A stretch of 64,000 nucleotides of DNA, taken from NCBI GenBank assembly GCA_043747615.1, contig JAYTOU010000051.1, forward strand, positions 14,110 through 78,109, given 5' to 3'. The stretch's first letter is position 1; each line of letters begins with the position of its first letter. Both the position numbers and the translations under genes were made by a program. The DNA comes from Myxococcales bacterium (GTDB lineage: Bacteria; Myxococcota_A; Polyangia; Polyangiales; Polyangiaceae). The notes under the pieces are model-generated. The model worked only from the letters and a program-made list of their open reading frames with translations, was not told the origin of the DNA and searched no databases. Of the stretch, positions 21,515 to 31,861 are shown piece after piece.

Positions 21515-22145
21515 GTCGCCCGGCTCGCCGCGCCCAGTGGATTCCAAGACGACGCGCCGCGCGCCTGGCCGCCCACGAAGCGAAGAGTGCCGCACGGCCA
21601 TCCTCGATGCCGCAGCCGATCTCCTCGACGAAGTCCCTTACGCGAAGGTGACGATCGAGAGCATCGCCGCTCGCGCCGGCTGCTCGAAACAGACCATCTA
21701 CAAGTGGTGGAAGAGCCGCGCGCTCCTGGTCATGCAGGCCTACGCCGCGCGTCAGCGGCGAAAGAATCCGGAGCCTGACACGGGCGCTGCGCGTCGCGAT
21801 CTGCTCACCGTCATCCGTCAGACGTGCAGGCTCCTCCGAGGCGGAGGCTACGGCGAGACGGTGTCGGGGATCATCGCGGAGGCGCAGTCCGACGCCGAGC
21901 TCGCAGCCGAGTTCCGCGAGACGTTCATTGGCGAGCGTCGCGCCATCGTCACGCGTATTTTAGAGCGCGGCATCGCGCGAGGAGAGTTGCGCCACACGCT
22001 TGATATCCCGCTCGTCATCGATCTCCTATACGGCCCGATCTGGTACCGCCTCCTCCTTCAACACGCGCCGCTCGACGACGCCTTCGCCGAGAAGATCGTC
22101 GAACACGTGCTCGAGCCACTCCGCACCGCGGCGGCGCTGTCGTGA
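21501..22145 (+). CDS. TetR/AcrR family transcriptional regulator
   Basis: GRPRS, TIESIAARAGCSKQTIYKWW, RGIARGEL, GPIWYRLL. Confidence 0.93.
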   Translation: MRRVESPGSPRPVDSKTTRRAPGRPRSEECRTAILDAAADLLDEVPYAKVTIESIAARAGCSKQTIYKWWKSRALLVMQAYAARQRRKNPEPDTGAARRDLLTVIRQTCRLLRGGGYGETVSGIIAEAQSDAELAAEFRETFIGERRAIVTRILERGIARGELRHTLDIPLVIDLLYGPIWYRLLLQHAPLDDAFAEKIVEHVLEPLRTAAALS

Positions 22146-22272
22146 ACCGCCGACGGCGCCCTTCGGACCGAACCCGCACAACCACGTTCTCTGACCCTCG
22201 TCGCAGTGCACGCCGGGCGTGACCGTCACGCCGTAGTCATCCAGCCGTAGTGATAGAGTAGGCAAGACCGCG

Positions 22273-23587
22273 ATGCCGCTCCTGTCTGACGATAACGCGG
22301 AGACCGTCGTCGAGAGTCGCAAGAGTGGCGACTCCGGTCCGCATCCGTCGAGCGCTTCTCGCACTGGTCCGCTGCCTTCGATCGGTTCGGCGCCCGCCAG
22401 TGGCGCGCTTCCCACCGCCGGCCCTTCGCTGGCGTCGATCGTCATGCAGAGCGAAGAGGCGATGCGGGCGCGGACCTTCTTTCGCCTGACCGCGGGGGTG
22501 GTGGCGCTCGTCGTTGGATTTCTCACCATCCTCGAAGGTCCGGCGTTCCTTCGCGCAGTCTCCTTCGCCTGCTGCGCCCTCGCTATCGGTGTCAGCGCTT
22601 ACACCCTTCGCGCTCTCCGCGACGAGCGCGGCTACACGTCGCGTTTGGCCACCGTCGTGGGGCTCATCTACGGCCTGTGCGCAGAGGTCCTCGTCCTCTA
22701 TTTCGGCATCTTTACGGCGGCGACGATGGTTCTTCCGCTCGGCGTCTACTTTTTCGGTCTCAGCGAGAGCGCGGTCGCGGCGAAGGCCACGTACGCGTTT
22801 GGTTCGATTCTATTTCTCGTCTTTGCGTTCGGTGTGGCCTTCGGCCTGCTCCCCGATCTGGGGCCGCTGCCGGTGCATACCCTTTCGACAGGATGGCGAT
22901 GGTTCTTCGTCGTCATGATCGAAGCGGTCTTTGCGACGACGTTCTTCCTCGCGCGATCGAGCCGGCGCGCCACCGAGATCGCCATCGACAAGATGAACCG
23001 CGCGAACCGCCAAGTGCACCAGCGGGACGCCCTTCTCGCCGAGGCACGCGGCGAGCTCGATCGCGCGCTCCGATCGGGCGAGGGGCGTCACTCCGGGAGC
23101 GAGATCGGCAGCTTCGTGCTCGGCAACGTGCTTGGTCGAGGGGGAATGGGCGAGGTCTACCGCGCCGAGAACGTGCACACCGGAGAGGTGGCGGCGGTGA
23201 AGCTGCTTCACCCGAACGTGCTCGGCGATCGGGATCACGTCAAGCGCTTCGAGCGCGAGGCGAAGCTCGCAAAGCAGGACCAGCGTTGCGTAGCGGGCGG
23301 TCACCGGGAAACCGGTCTTCGTCGGTGAGGACGTCGCCGCCGTCCTCTACAACGTGGTTCACACGCCGCCCATGCAGCCGAGCGGCGCGGTCCGGTTACC
23401 CGAGGACGTCGAGCTCGTGCTGGCCATCGGCCTCGCAAAGGATCCGGACGATCGCTTCGCCAAAGCCGAGGAGCTCGCGGAGGCCTTTCGCGCGGCCGTT
23501 CGGAGCGAGCTCAGCGAGGCGACCCGCGAGCGAGGCCGGCGCGCCGTAGCAAAATACCCCTGGTCGAAACCGAAGCCAGTTACCTAG
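22273..23587 (+). pseudogene. Multi-TM Ser/Thr kinase pseudogene (catalytic core deleted)
   Basis: TM bundle, then GRGGMGEVY, AAVK, RFEREAK. At about 23275-23295 it jumps in another frame to VA*RAVTGKPVF...LAKDPDDRF; the HRD/DFG/APE subdomains are missing. Confidence 0.8.
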
Positions 23588-24782
23588 ACGACGCCGCGCG
23601 AACGCGCGCTTTTGCGCTGAGCCATCCGGAGCCCGCGCGCAGGACGAGGCGAGCGAGATCGACCTTGTCTGCGGGGAGAGCAGCGAAGTGCCGGCACCCG
23701 GAGCGAAGCGCCGCCGGTTCGCGCACGAGGACTCCTTCCACTTCGGAACGAATCGCTCCGTAGAAAGAGTCGATGAATTTCGTGCGCACCTGAAGATCGA
23801 TCCCCAGCCGCGACTTGCGGAGCGTCGAGGTCCACTCCGAAAGCACGCGCCTCCCGGCGGCAACCTCCGCCACGAACGCACCGGCGAGCGCTCCGTACTC
23901 GAGGGCCTGGGCGATGCCCTCGCCGCTGATGGGATCGATCCCTGCCGCCTCACCGACAAGCATGAGCGCGCCGTCGACGAGAGACAGCGCGGGCTCGAAT
24001 CCCCGCTCGGCAAAGCGCTTGTTCTTGTAGTCGTCGATCTTGAGGCCCATCGTCGCGAGTCGCTCGGCCAAGCGCGCGTAAAGATCCATCGGCGCCTCGT
24101 CGACCTTCAAGTGATAGATGCCCCGGCACACGAGCTCGCGGCCGTCGACGATGGTCGGGAAATCCCAGTAGTACCCGGAGAGCTCGCGATCGGACGCGTC
24201 GAAATGGAGAATGCGCCGGTCGCGATCGCCGGGCACCGGCTCGGTGTCGAGCTCGAGGACCTGCGCGCGGTGCTTGCCGGCACCGTGTCCCATTGCCTTG
24301 CGCACGACGCCGCCAACGCCGTCGGCACCGACCACGACGGGTGCCGAGAACGTGCCCTTCGAGGAGACGACCGTCACGCCTCCGGTCGTCTTCTCGACGC
24401 GCTCGACGCGCGCGCCGTCGATGACCCGGATCCCCCGAGCGATGGTGATCTTCGCCAAGGCATCATCGAACTCGATACGGCGAACGACGCGGCCGATCGC
24501 TCCGATCTCGGCGCGCACCTCACCTTCCACAGCGCGAAACGAGATACCGTCGATGCGGACCGAGGGAACATCCGGCCGAGCGTCGAGGTCGCTGAGGATC
24601 TTGTCGCCGCGCCCACCGAGCGCGCCCGCGCAGTATTTTTCACGCGGGTAGATCCCCTTTTCGAGGACCACGATCTTGCTCGTGAGCGCTGGCTCGGCGC
24701 GCGCGATGGCGAGCGCAGTCGTCAAGCCCGCAGGACCGCCGCCGACGATGACGATCTCTACGCCCTGAATTTGTCCAAGCAT
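23580..24782 (-). CDS. FAD-dependent oxidoreductase (geranylgeranyl reductase-like)
   Basis: IVGGGPAG, PREKYCAG, VVGADG, VGEAAGIDPISGEGI. Confidence 0.88.
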   Translation of the reverse strand: MLGQIQGVEIVIVGGGPAGLTTALAIARAEPALTSKIVVLEKGIYPREKYCAGALGGRGDKILSDLDARPDVPSVRIDGISFRAVEGEVRAEIGAIGRVVRRIEFDDALAKITIARGIRVIDGARVERVEKTTGGVTVVSSKGTFSAPVVVGADGVGGVVRKAMGHGAGKHRAQVLELDTEPVPGDRDRRILHFDASDRELSGYYWDFPTIVDGRELVCRGIYHLKVDEAPMDLYARLAERLATMGLKIDDYKNKRFAERGFEPALSLVDGALMLVGEAAGIDPISGEGIAQALEYGALAGAFVAEVAAGRRVLSEWTSTLRKSRLGIDLQVRTKFIDSFYGAIRSEVEGVLVREPAALRSGCRHFAALPADKVDLARLVLRAGSGWLSAKARVRAASSR

Positions 24783-25156
24783 CCGGAGGCCATCCTACGA
24801 TCTTTCGCGGACGAGTACGGTCTGGCGTGTAAGCGCGTTCTCGTTCGCCCCTACAAAAATCTCTCGCTCGGGCTCGTGCTCACCGCGCCACGCTGCATCT
24901 TCTCGGCAGCGCGAAGGAGAGCGGCACCTTCAGCCGCGCCGACGGCATGGCGTCGACGGCCGTGCCCAAGCAACGCCAGGAATCGAATGATCACGCTGAG
25001 CGCTTTCACCGGCTTGAGGACCAGCACGCAGAGCGCGTCGTACAGGCCAGCGCACACGAGGAGCATCGTCCCGAGCGCGAAGCGGGTCGCCGGTGAGCGT
25101 CGATGCTAACCCGACCGCTCGTGGACACTCATCAGATCGTCATTTAGCGTGGCCCG

Positions 25157-28033
25157 ATGTCCGCCTTCAGCCCCAGGATTCGCGATTTTTTGGCCGCTCC
25201 CGACGCTGCGCGCCGCCTCGGTCCTTATCGCTGTAAAGAGCTTCTCGACAAGGCCGGCTCCGCCCCCGTCTACAGAGCCGTCGAAGAGCACGGAGGGCTC
25301 AGCCTGCGAGAGGTCGCAGTGAAACTCTTCGACATCGGACCGGCAGAGGGCGGCGCCGTCGATGGCGGTTGGCAAGCGCGCGTCGTCGAGGAGGCCCGTG
25401 CTCTTTGCCGCGTTCAGCACCCGAACGTGATTCGCTTCCACACGCTCGCGACCGATCCGAAACGCGGTCTCATGGGTCTCGTCATGGAGTTCGGTGAGGG
25501 CATCAGCCTCGACCGAGAGCTCGCAGAGCTTGCAACTGGCGACGCAAGCCGCGTGTCGCTCGCCGTTGAAATTGGAATCGACATCGCGTCGGCTCTCGCC
25601 GCGGCACACGAGGCCGGCGTCGTCCACTGCAACGTCAAACCCTCGAACATCATGTTCACGAAGGGCACCCACAAGCTCCTCAACTTCGGCCTCGCGTCCT
25701 CCCTCGACAACCCCGAAGCCAAGAGGCCGAGCACGGGGACACTCGGCTACGTCGATCCGGTCTGTGCGAAGACCAACGCGGCGCCCACCGCTTCGAGCGA
25801 TCTCTACTCGCTCGGCGCGACTCTTTACGAGTGCCTCGGCGGAGCCCTGCCTGTGGCCGTCGGCGATGCGCCCCCTCTTCCCCTCGCTGATCGCGCGGCC
25901 TCGGCGCCGAGCGATCTCGCAAAGCTGGTCGACTCGCTCGTCTCCCCGGTCCGCGCCGATAGGCCGCGATCGGCCGACGTCGTCGTGAGCGCTCTCGAGC
26001 GCATTCGGAGCGCGCTCGCCGGTCGTGAGCGCGGACTTCCCCCCGTCGAGCGGGGTCCCTTTCCCGGGCTCGAGAGATACGAGCTGTCGGATCGCGACGT
26101 GTTCTTCGGCCGCACCGCGGAGGTCGCCGGTGCGATCGAGCTCGCCCGCACGCGTGGCCTCGTCGGCATCGTTGGCCTATCGGGGAGCGGAAAGAGCAGC
26201 ATCATTCGCGCGGGGATCCTCCCCGCCATCGAGGAGGGAGCGCTCGGCGCGTGGCCGAAGCGGTACCGCAGCGTGCTCGTCACTCCAGGTGGCGATCTCA
26301 TGGCGGCCCTCGAGAAGGCGCTCGACAAACTGCTCGGAGCGCCGCTCTCTGCGCATCCGGAGGCAATCGCACAGCAGCTTGCGGCGGACGTCGACGCGAA
26401 GGGCGAGGGGATCGTGATCCTCGTCGACCAGCTCGAAGAAATCGTCACGAAGTTCGATGCGAAGCGTGAGGAAGGTAGGGCGAAGGGGCTCGATCTCTTA
26501 TCGCGGCTCGCCGAATCGCACGTCGGTCTGCGTGTAATCGTTGCGGTGCGGAGCGATCTTCTCGACGCTACCCTCGCCATCGACCCGCGCTTTTCGCGCG
26601 CCCTCGGCCGCGGGATCCAGCTCCTCGGCCCGCTCTCGAGCGGTGCCTGGGAAGACGTGATCGACAGGTCGCTCGATGCCTACGGCTACACGCTCGAAGA
26701 CGCTGAGCTCCGCAGGGAGGTCCTCGCCGATCTCAACGGGCGTGAGTCGGCGATGACGCTCGTGCAATTCGGTCTCGCCCGGCTCTGGGGCGCACGCGAC
26801 GAGAAGAACAAGATCATTCCGCGCGCAGCCCTCAGCGGCAAGGGCGGCATGAAGAGCGCGCTCGAGGACCACGCCGACGCGGCAATCGCTGCCAAGAAAA
26901 TTCCCAAGGACACGTTGCGTAACGTGCTTCTCGCGATGACGACGCCCGAGGGCACACGCGACCACGTAGAGCTCGACGTCCTCGTGGCACGCTACGGTGA
27001 GTCCGCCAAAGACGCGATCTTTGCGCTGACGAAGGCGCGCCTCGTCGTCGCCGAGAAGGACGGATTCACCTTCGTCCACGACTCGGTCCTCCGCGAATGG
27101 AGCCTCCTCCGCGACTGGATTACCGATGCGCGAGATGATCGTCTGCTGGTCGTCCTGGCCGAACGTGACGCTGGACGCTGGGTCGTGTCGAAGGACCCCG
27201 CGGAGCTATGGCGGAAGGGTCGGCTCGCCGCCGCCGTCGAGCTGTGGAAGAGAGACTCCGCTCAGCTGAGCGATCGTGCCCGGCAGTTCGTGACGGCGTC
27301 CGCGAAAGAAGAGCAGAAAGCCGAGCGCGCGCGATTTGTGGTCTTCAGCTTGGTTGGCGCACTCATCGTGGGGAGCGCGCTTTTGTACGCGAGCATCAGC
27401 CGCGCGAGCGCCGAGGAGGCCCGCACGCACGCAACTGCCCTTGCCGCGGCCCTTGCCGACGTGAAGTCCCTCCAGCAACAGGCGGAAGAGAACGCCGGCG
27501 AGGCAGCTGCCATTGCGGCGATGCTCCACGATCTGCGCGAGAAGATGGCGGCGGAACGCGCGGTGTACGGTGCGAACGTCGACACCGCGATGAAAAAAGT
27601 CGCGAGCGCGAAGAGCCTCGACAGCGCGCAACAGGCGGGCGCCGCCCTGAAAGTTCAGAGTGCGCCGATGCCGAATCAGGTCGTCCCTCTCTTGAACCTC
27701 GGGAGCCTCGCCGGTCCGAGCATCCCGAGGAGCAATGAGCCTGGTCCTTCCGTCGGAGGGAGCTTCGATCAGGCAGCGATCGAACGCGTCGTCAACTCTC
27801 GGAAGGCTGGAGTCAAACGCACTTGCCTCGAACGGAGCTCCAGCACTGCTTCGAGCACAAAGGTCAACGCGACCATCACCATCGCGCCGAACGGCTCGGT
27901 CCAAAACGTGAGCACGGCGGGCGACGATCCCGTCGTGGGCAAATGCATCGAGCAGCAGCTTCGCGCGTGGTCGTTCCCAGCGCCTGGCGAGGTGAGCACG
28001 GTGCAGATCCCGTTCGTGTTCGTTCGCCAGTAA
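25157..28033 (+). CDS. Pseudokinase - nSTAND1 P-loop NTPase - TM - coiled coil - AgmX/PglI(TonB-C-like) protein
   Basis: Kinase fold with VAVK but HCNVKPSN and LLNFG; PFPGL..FFGR, GLSGSGKSS, LVDQLEE, VHDSVLREW; TM; C-terminal CLER...TIAPNGSV...CIEQQLRAWSFP...IPFVF. Confidence 0.85.
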   Translation: MSAFSPRIRDFLAAPDAARRLGPYRCKELLDKAGSAPVYRAVEEHGGLSLREVAVKLFDIGPAEGGAVDGGWQARVVEEARALCRVQHPNVIRFHTLATDPKRGLMGLVMEFGEGISLDRELAELATGDASRVSLAVEIGIDIASALAAAHEAGVVHCNVKPSNIMFTKGTHKLLNFGLASSLDNPEAKRPSTGTLGYVDPVCAKTNAAPTASSDLYSLGATLYECLGGALPVAVGDAPPLPLADRAASAPSDLAKLVDSLVSPVRADRPRSADVVVSALERIRSALAGRERGLPPVERGPFPGLERYELSDRDVFFGRTAEVAGAIELARTRGLVGIVGLSGSGKSSIIRAGILPAIEEGALGAWPKRYRSVLVTPGGDLMAALEKALDKLLGAPLSAHPEAIAQQLAADVDAKGEGIVILVDQLEEIVTKFDAKREEGRAKGLDLLSRLAESHVGLRVIVAVRSDLLDATLAIDPRFSRALGRGIQLLGPLSSGAWEDVIDRSLDAYGYTLEDAELRREVLADLNGRESAMTLVQFGLARLWGARDEKNKIIPRAALSGKGGMKSALEDHADAAIAAKKIPKDTLRNVLLAMTTPEGTRDHVELDVLVARYGESAKDAIFALTKARLVVAEKDGFTFVHDSVLREWSLLRDWITDARDDRLLVVLAERDAGRWVVSKDPAELWRKGRLAAAVELWKRDSAQLSDRARQFVTASAKEEQKAERARFVVFSLVGALIVGSALLYASISRASAEEARTHATALAAALADVKSLQQQAEENAGEAAAIAAMLHDLREKMAAERAVYGANVDTAMKKVASAKSLDSAQQAGAALKVQSAPMPNQVVPLLNLGSLAGPSIPRSNEPGPSVGGSFDQAAIERVVNSRKAGVKRTCLERSSSTASSTKVNATITIAPNGSVQNVSTAGDDPVVGKCIEQQLRAWSFPAPGEVSTVQIPFVFVRQ

Positions 28034-28084
28034 GCCGGGACAACCACTCAGCGCCGCGCGGCGAGCTCACGGCTCGTCGGATGT

Positions 28085-29341
28085 TCACGCATCGAGCATG
28101 CGCCCGTTGGTCTCCGCCATCGGTGCCATGATCGCGAGCCCAATCACTCCGTAGACCATGATCAAATACGCGGGGAGCATCGGCCTATGGAACGTGTCCA
28201 TGAGCCAGGTCGACAAGAGCGGCGCCGTCCCGCCGGCGAGCGCGAGGGTGATGCTGTAGGCGACGCTCATCGACGTCACGCGCGTGCGCTGAGGAAAAAT
28301 CTCCACCACCATCGCCCCTTGCAGACCGAGCGCCATGCCGAGTGGCACTGCCATCAGAAGCTGACCGAGAATGAATTCGGTCGGGGATCCGCGGAGCATG
28401 ATGCGGAACGCATAGAAGACCATTGCCATGGTGACGACGGTGAGGACGAGCATCAGTCGTTTGCGTCCGACCCGGTCCGACAGCCATCCTCCCAGCGGTT
28501 TCGACAGAAGCACCACGACGAGGCTGACCGTGTTGGCGAGCAGGAATGCCTCGCCGCCCTCTCCGGTGATCGCTTTGCGCCGTTCGACGGCGAAGGTGAA
28601 CGTGAGGTAGTAGGCGGCGTTGGTCATGGCGACGATGCCGAACGTCTGCACGATGGGGCGAACATCTGCGATGAGCGCCGCGAGGACGGGCGCCCTCTCC
28701 TTCCGAGCTTTTTCGCCGATCTCGGATTCGACGATTCCGCGCCGGAGCAGCCAACCCGCGAGCAAGAGCACGACACTGAGCAGGAACGGGATGCGCCATC
28801 CCCACGCGGACGCGGCGGCGCTTCCGAGCACTCGATGCACCAACCATGCGGCCATCGAGCCGAGGATGAAACCGATCGTCGTCCCTGCGGCGGTCGAGCT
28901 GCTCACGAGCCCGCGGAGAGCCGGCGACGCAAGCTCGGTGGTGTAGACCATAGAGCCCGTGAACTCGCCGCCGAGCGAGAAGCCCTGCACGAGCCGCAGA
29001 CACACGAGCAGGATCGGCGCTGCGATCCCGATATGGGCAAAGGTCGGGAGGAGCCCGATGCCGAGGGTCGCGCCTCCCATCAGCCCGATCGAGAGCGTGA
29101 GCAGTGCTCGCCGACCAATCCGATCGCCGACCGTGCCGAGGACGATGCTCCCGATCGGCCGAGCGGCAAAGCCCAAGGCGAAGACTGCGAGCGAGAGCAA
29201 TTGGCGCGCGGTCGGGCTCGACTCGGGAAAGAACTGGCGGCCAATGTCGGTGGCAAAATACCCGTACACCGCGAAGTCGAACCACTCGAGCACGTTGCCG
29301 ATGATGCCCGCCGCCGCGGTACGAAGGGCTGACTGCTTCAT
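28085..29341 (-). CDS. MFS transporter, metabolite:H+ symporter (ProP/MHS-like)
   Basis: GNVLEWFDFAVYG, GDRIGRR, RLVQGFSLGGE, WGWRIPF, SDRVGRK. Confidence 0.93.
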   Translation of the reverse strand: MKQSALRTAAAGIIGNVLEWFDFAVYGYFATDIGRQFFPESSPTARQLLSLAVFALGFAARPIGSIVLGTVGDRIGRRALLTLSIGLMGGATLGIGLLPTFAHIGIAAPILLVCLRLVQGFSLGGEFTGSMVYTTELASPALRGLVSSSTAAGTTIGFILGSMAAWLVHRVLGSAAASAWGWRIPFLLSVVLLLAGWLLRRGIVESEIGEKARKERAPVLAALIADVRPIVQTFGIVAMTNAAYYLTFTFAVERRKAITGEGGEAFLLANTVSLVVVLLSKPLGGWLSDRVGRKRLMLVLTVVTMAMVFYAFRIMLRGSPTEFILGQLLMAVPLGMALGLQGAMVVEIFPQRTRVTSMSVAYSITLALAGGTAPLLSTWLMDTFHRPMLPAYLIMVYGVIGLAIMAPMAETNGRMLDA

Positions 29342-29357
29342 TGGTCCAAGTGATCGA

Positions 29358-30140
29358 TCAAAGCTCGATCGGCCAGGTCAGATGACGCTCGAAGATCATT
29401 TTGCGATGGGCGGCGAGCTCCGGAGGGACGAGCGCGCCGAGCTCCTCGTGCGCGCACCCGAACGCTTGACGCAGCGCGGGTGAGAGCTTCGGGCAGTCCT
29501 CGGGCGGGATCTCCGAGAGCGGAGTGAGGAACGTCGCGAGATAGATATCGAGCGCGGAGATACGCGCGCCACCAAGATAGGCATGGCCGTGCGCCTGCTG
29601 CGCGCGCAGACGTGTTTGCAGCAACTTGAGCTGCTGGTCGGCGCGCTCGCGGCTGCTCCGCGCACCATCCGGTGTGTAACCGTAGCGCTCCGCGAGGTGC
29701 TGACCGATCTGCAGCGGAAATCCCCGCTCGCCCCCAGTGGTGAGCGTGACGTCGATCATCGCGAGCCGCGCGTTCCAGCCGAGGCCCTCTTCGCCAGCGA
29801 TCTCGTGAAGTATGCCCATCGTCTCAGCACGCGCCCCGACGTCTGCGGGGATCAGCATGTCGTGTCCAGCGAGCCGCGCAGCGAGCGTGGTGATCCCCGC
29901 CCAGTGCGTGCGGACGGGCTCGTCGCCGTAGACCACCACGGGAACGTTGTCGACGCCGGTCCATGCGGTGACCTCCGCCGTGTCCCGCGGACGGCGAACG
30001 GCGAGCACCGGGATCCCCGCGACCTTGAACATTCCCTTGGCGGCCTCGGACCACGGGCTCGGCACGAGTCCAGTTACGACCATTCGCACGCCTGGGGCGC
30101 TCCGCGCAGTCGCGACGTCGACGAATTCAAGCGTGCTCAT
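29358..30140 (-). CDS. Glutathione S-transferase-like protein
   Basis: PSPWSEAAK, NVPVV, YLGGARISALDIY; ATG 30140 has TATTCT 7 nt upstream. Confidence 0.6.
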   Translation of the reverse strand: MSTLEFVDVATARSAPGVRMVVTGLVPSPWSEAAKGMFKVAGIPVLAVRRPRDTAEVTAWTGVDNVPVVVYGDEPVRTHWAGITTLAARLAGHDMLIPADVGARAETMGILHEIAGEEGLGWNARLAMIDVTLTTGGERGFPLQIGQHLAERYGYTPDGARSSRERADQQLKLLQTRLRAQQAHGHAYLGGARISALDIYLATFLTPLSEIPPEDCPKLSPALRQAFGCAHEELGALVPPELAAHRKMIFERHLTWPIEL

Positions 30141-30172
30141 GCCTCGAAGAATACACGTGGTAGCTTTCGCGG

Positions 30173-30976
30173 GTGCATTCGAAACGACTGTTGCTTGCCC
30201 TCGTGATCGCCGGCTGCTCGAAGAGCGTGAGCGCTCCTGCCCCATCGGATGCGGGCACCGCGATGGTCGACGTCCCGGCCGGCGCGTTCACCATGGGATG
30301 CAGCGCGGTCGACACAAGCTGCAACGATGACGAGAAGCCCGCGCATCCGGTCACACTGCACGCATTCTCGCTGGACCGACTCGAGGCGACACAGCGCGAA
30401 TATCAGGAGTGCATGGGCGCGGGCGCCTGTACGTCGCCAACGAAGGAGTTCGATCCGGCCGACCACGCAAGCTACCCCGTCGCGTGGGTAACATGGGATC
30501 AAGCGAACGCGTACTGCGCGTGGCGCGGCAAGCGCTTGGCCACGGAGGCCGAGTGGGAATGGGCGGCTCGCGGGTCAGACGGCCGACTTTACGCGTGGGG
30601 GAACGACGCACCCTCGTGCACCCTCGCGAGCTTCTCCTCGTCCGCCGCGAAGGACTCAGCGAACCCGTCCGGCGCATGCCGCGCGACGGGCGACGCGGTG
30701 AAGACAGACGTCGTCGGTTCGCATCCGAGCGCGCCGTCGGCCGCGGGCCTCTTCGACATGGGCGGCAATCTCTGGGAGTGGGTGAGCGACTTTTACGACC
30801 CCGCGTATTACGCCTCTAGCCCGGTCGCCGACCCGCGCGGCCCCGCAACGGCGGCGCAGCATGCGAAGCGCGGCGGGAGCTGGCAGGACTCCGCGGATCG
30901 ATTGCGCGCGTCGCGACGCTGGACACACCCGCAGCGCTCGGGCGCCGAGGACATCGGCATTCGCTGCGCGAAGTAG
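30173..30976 (+). CDS. FGE-sulfatase (SUMF1/PvdO-like) domain lipoprotein
   Basis: Lipobox IAGC; VPAGAFTMG, PAHPVTL, KRLATEAEWEWAARG, DMGGNLWEWV, RGGSW, IGIRCA. Confidence 0.9.
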   Translation: MHSKRLLLALVIAGCSKSVSAPAPSDAGTAMVDVPAGAFTMGCSAVDTSCNDDEKPAHPVTLHAFSLDRLEATQREYQECMGAGACTSPTKEFDPADHASYPVAWVTWDQANAYCAWRGKRLATEAEWEWAARGSDGRLYAWGNDAPSCTLASFSSSAAKDSANPSGACRATGDAVKTDVVGSHPSAPSAAGLFDMGGNLWEWVSDFYDPAYYASSPVADPRGPATAAQHAKRGGSWQDSADRLRASRRWTHPQRSGAEDIGIRCAK

Positions 30977-30977
30977 G

Positions 30978-31520
30978 ATGGAGAATCCGTCAACCGAATT
31001 CGATTTCTGGACGGGCCTCTTCCTCGACTTGTCCGTGCGCGTGGAGTGGCTAGAACAGGCGCTCGACGCCGTTCCAAAAGAAGATGCATCGGCGGCCGCC
31101 CTCGTCCGGCTGCGGAGCTACATGCGCGCGCTCGAGGAGCTTCAACATGCGCTCAAGCACGTGCAGACCCACCGCGCGGACGTGAGCCTCAAGCCTCTCT
31201 TTGCGCTCGAAGGACCACTCGCCGCGTACTTGAGCCGTCTCTACGGCTGGTGTGAGGAGATCGGAAACGACTTCGAGCGCATGGCCGTAGCTTTGCGTCG
31301 CCGCGAGCCGACCACGACCGTTTTCTCGCACCGGGCCGTGAACAACTCGTATGCTCACTTCAGCGAGCTCGTCGAGTCGATGCGCCGTGCGAACGATGCA
31401 ATCCGCGAGGTGCACGCCGGCGACCCGCAGGTAAAACGCGCGTTCGACGAGCGAATCGAGGAGCTCATTTGGGCGACGGAATGGGTTCACATGACCCTCG
31501 CGCGCAAGCCCGGAGACTGA
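30978..31520 (+). CDS. Hypothetical helical cytoplasmic protein
   Basis: ATG 1 nt after the upstream stop; protein-like composition (MENPSTEFDFWTGLF...). Confidence 0.65.
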   Translation: MENPSTEFDFWTGLFLDLSVRVEWLEQALDAVPKEDASAAALVRLRSYMRALEELQHALKHVQTHRADVSLKPLFALEGPLAAYLSRLYGWCEEIGNDFERMAVALRRREPTTTVFSHRAVNNSYAHFSELVESMRRANDAIREVHAGDPQVKRAFDERIEELIWATEWVHMTLARKPGD

Positions 31521-31527
31521 CCCCGAT

Positions 31528-31841
31528 ATGAAAGTGATCTCGGTGGACTGCGCTTGGAACACCAACTTCGCGGCAGCAAATGACGCGAAGGACGCGGGCT
31601 ACCCGGTCACCGGCGTAAAGCAATGCGACGCGATCGCGTTCTGCACGTGGGCAGCGAAACGCCTTTGCGGCTCGACGCACGGCGGACCGGTGGACGCAGG
31701 CTCCTACGTTACTGCGGCCTCCACCACCGAGAGTCAGTGGTACCGCGCGTGCTCGAAGAATGGCTCGACGAGGCAAGCTCGGGCCACCCCTTCTTCCGTG
31801 CGGTCAAGGGCCCCGGATTTCGCTGCTGCAAGGACGAGTAG
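31528..31841 (+). pseudogene. Relic of a second FGE-sulfatase-like gene
   Basis: YPVTGVKQCDAIAFCTWAAKRLCG...SQWYRACS, then a frame jump to the C-terminal GFRCCKDE*; the N-terminus and middle are missing. Confidence 0.65.
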
Positions 31842-31861
31842 TCCGTTTCAACGAGCGAGCG

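Noticed and set aside
24851..25132. Small minus-strand ORF with a hydrophobic stretch
   Set aside because: It is interrupted by a TAG and matches no family I recognise, so it is not supportable as a gene.
30173..31841. Diversity-generating retroelement (FGE/CLec-fold target plus a nearby similar fragment)
   Set aside because: The two 3' regions are not near-identical with adenine-specific differences, and no reverse transcriptase is present.
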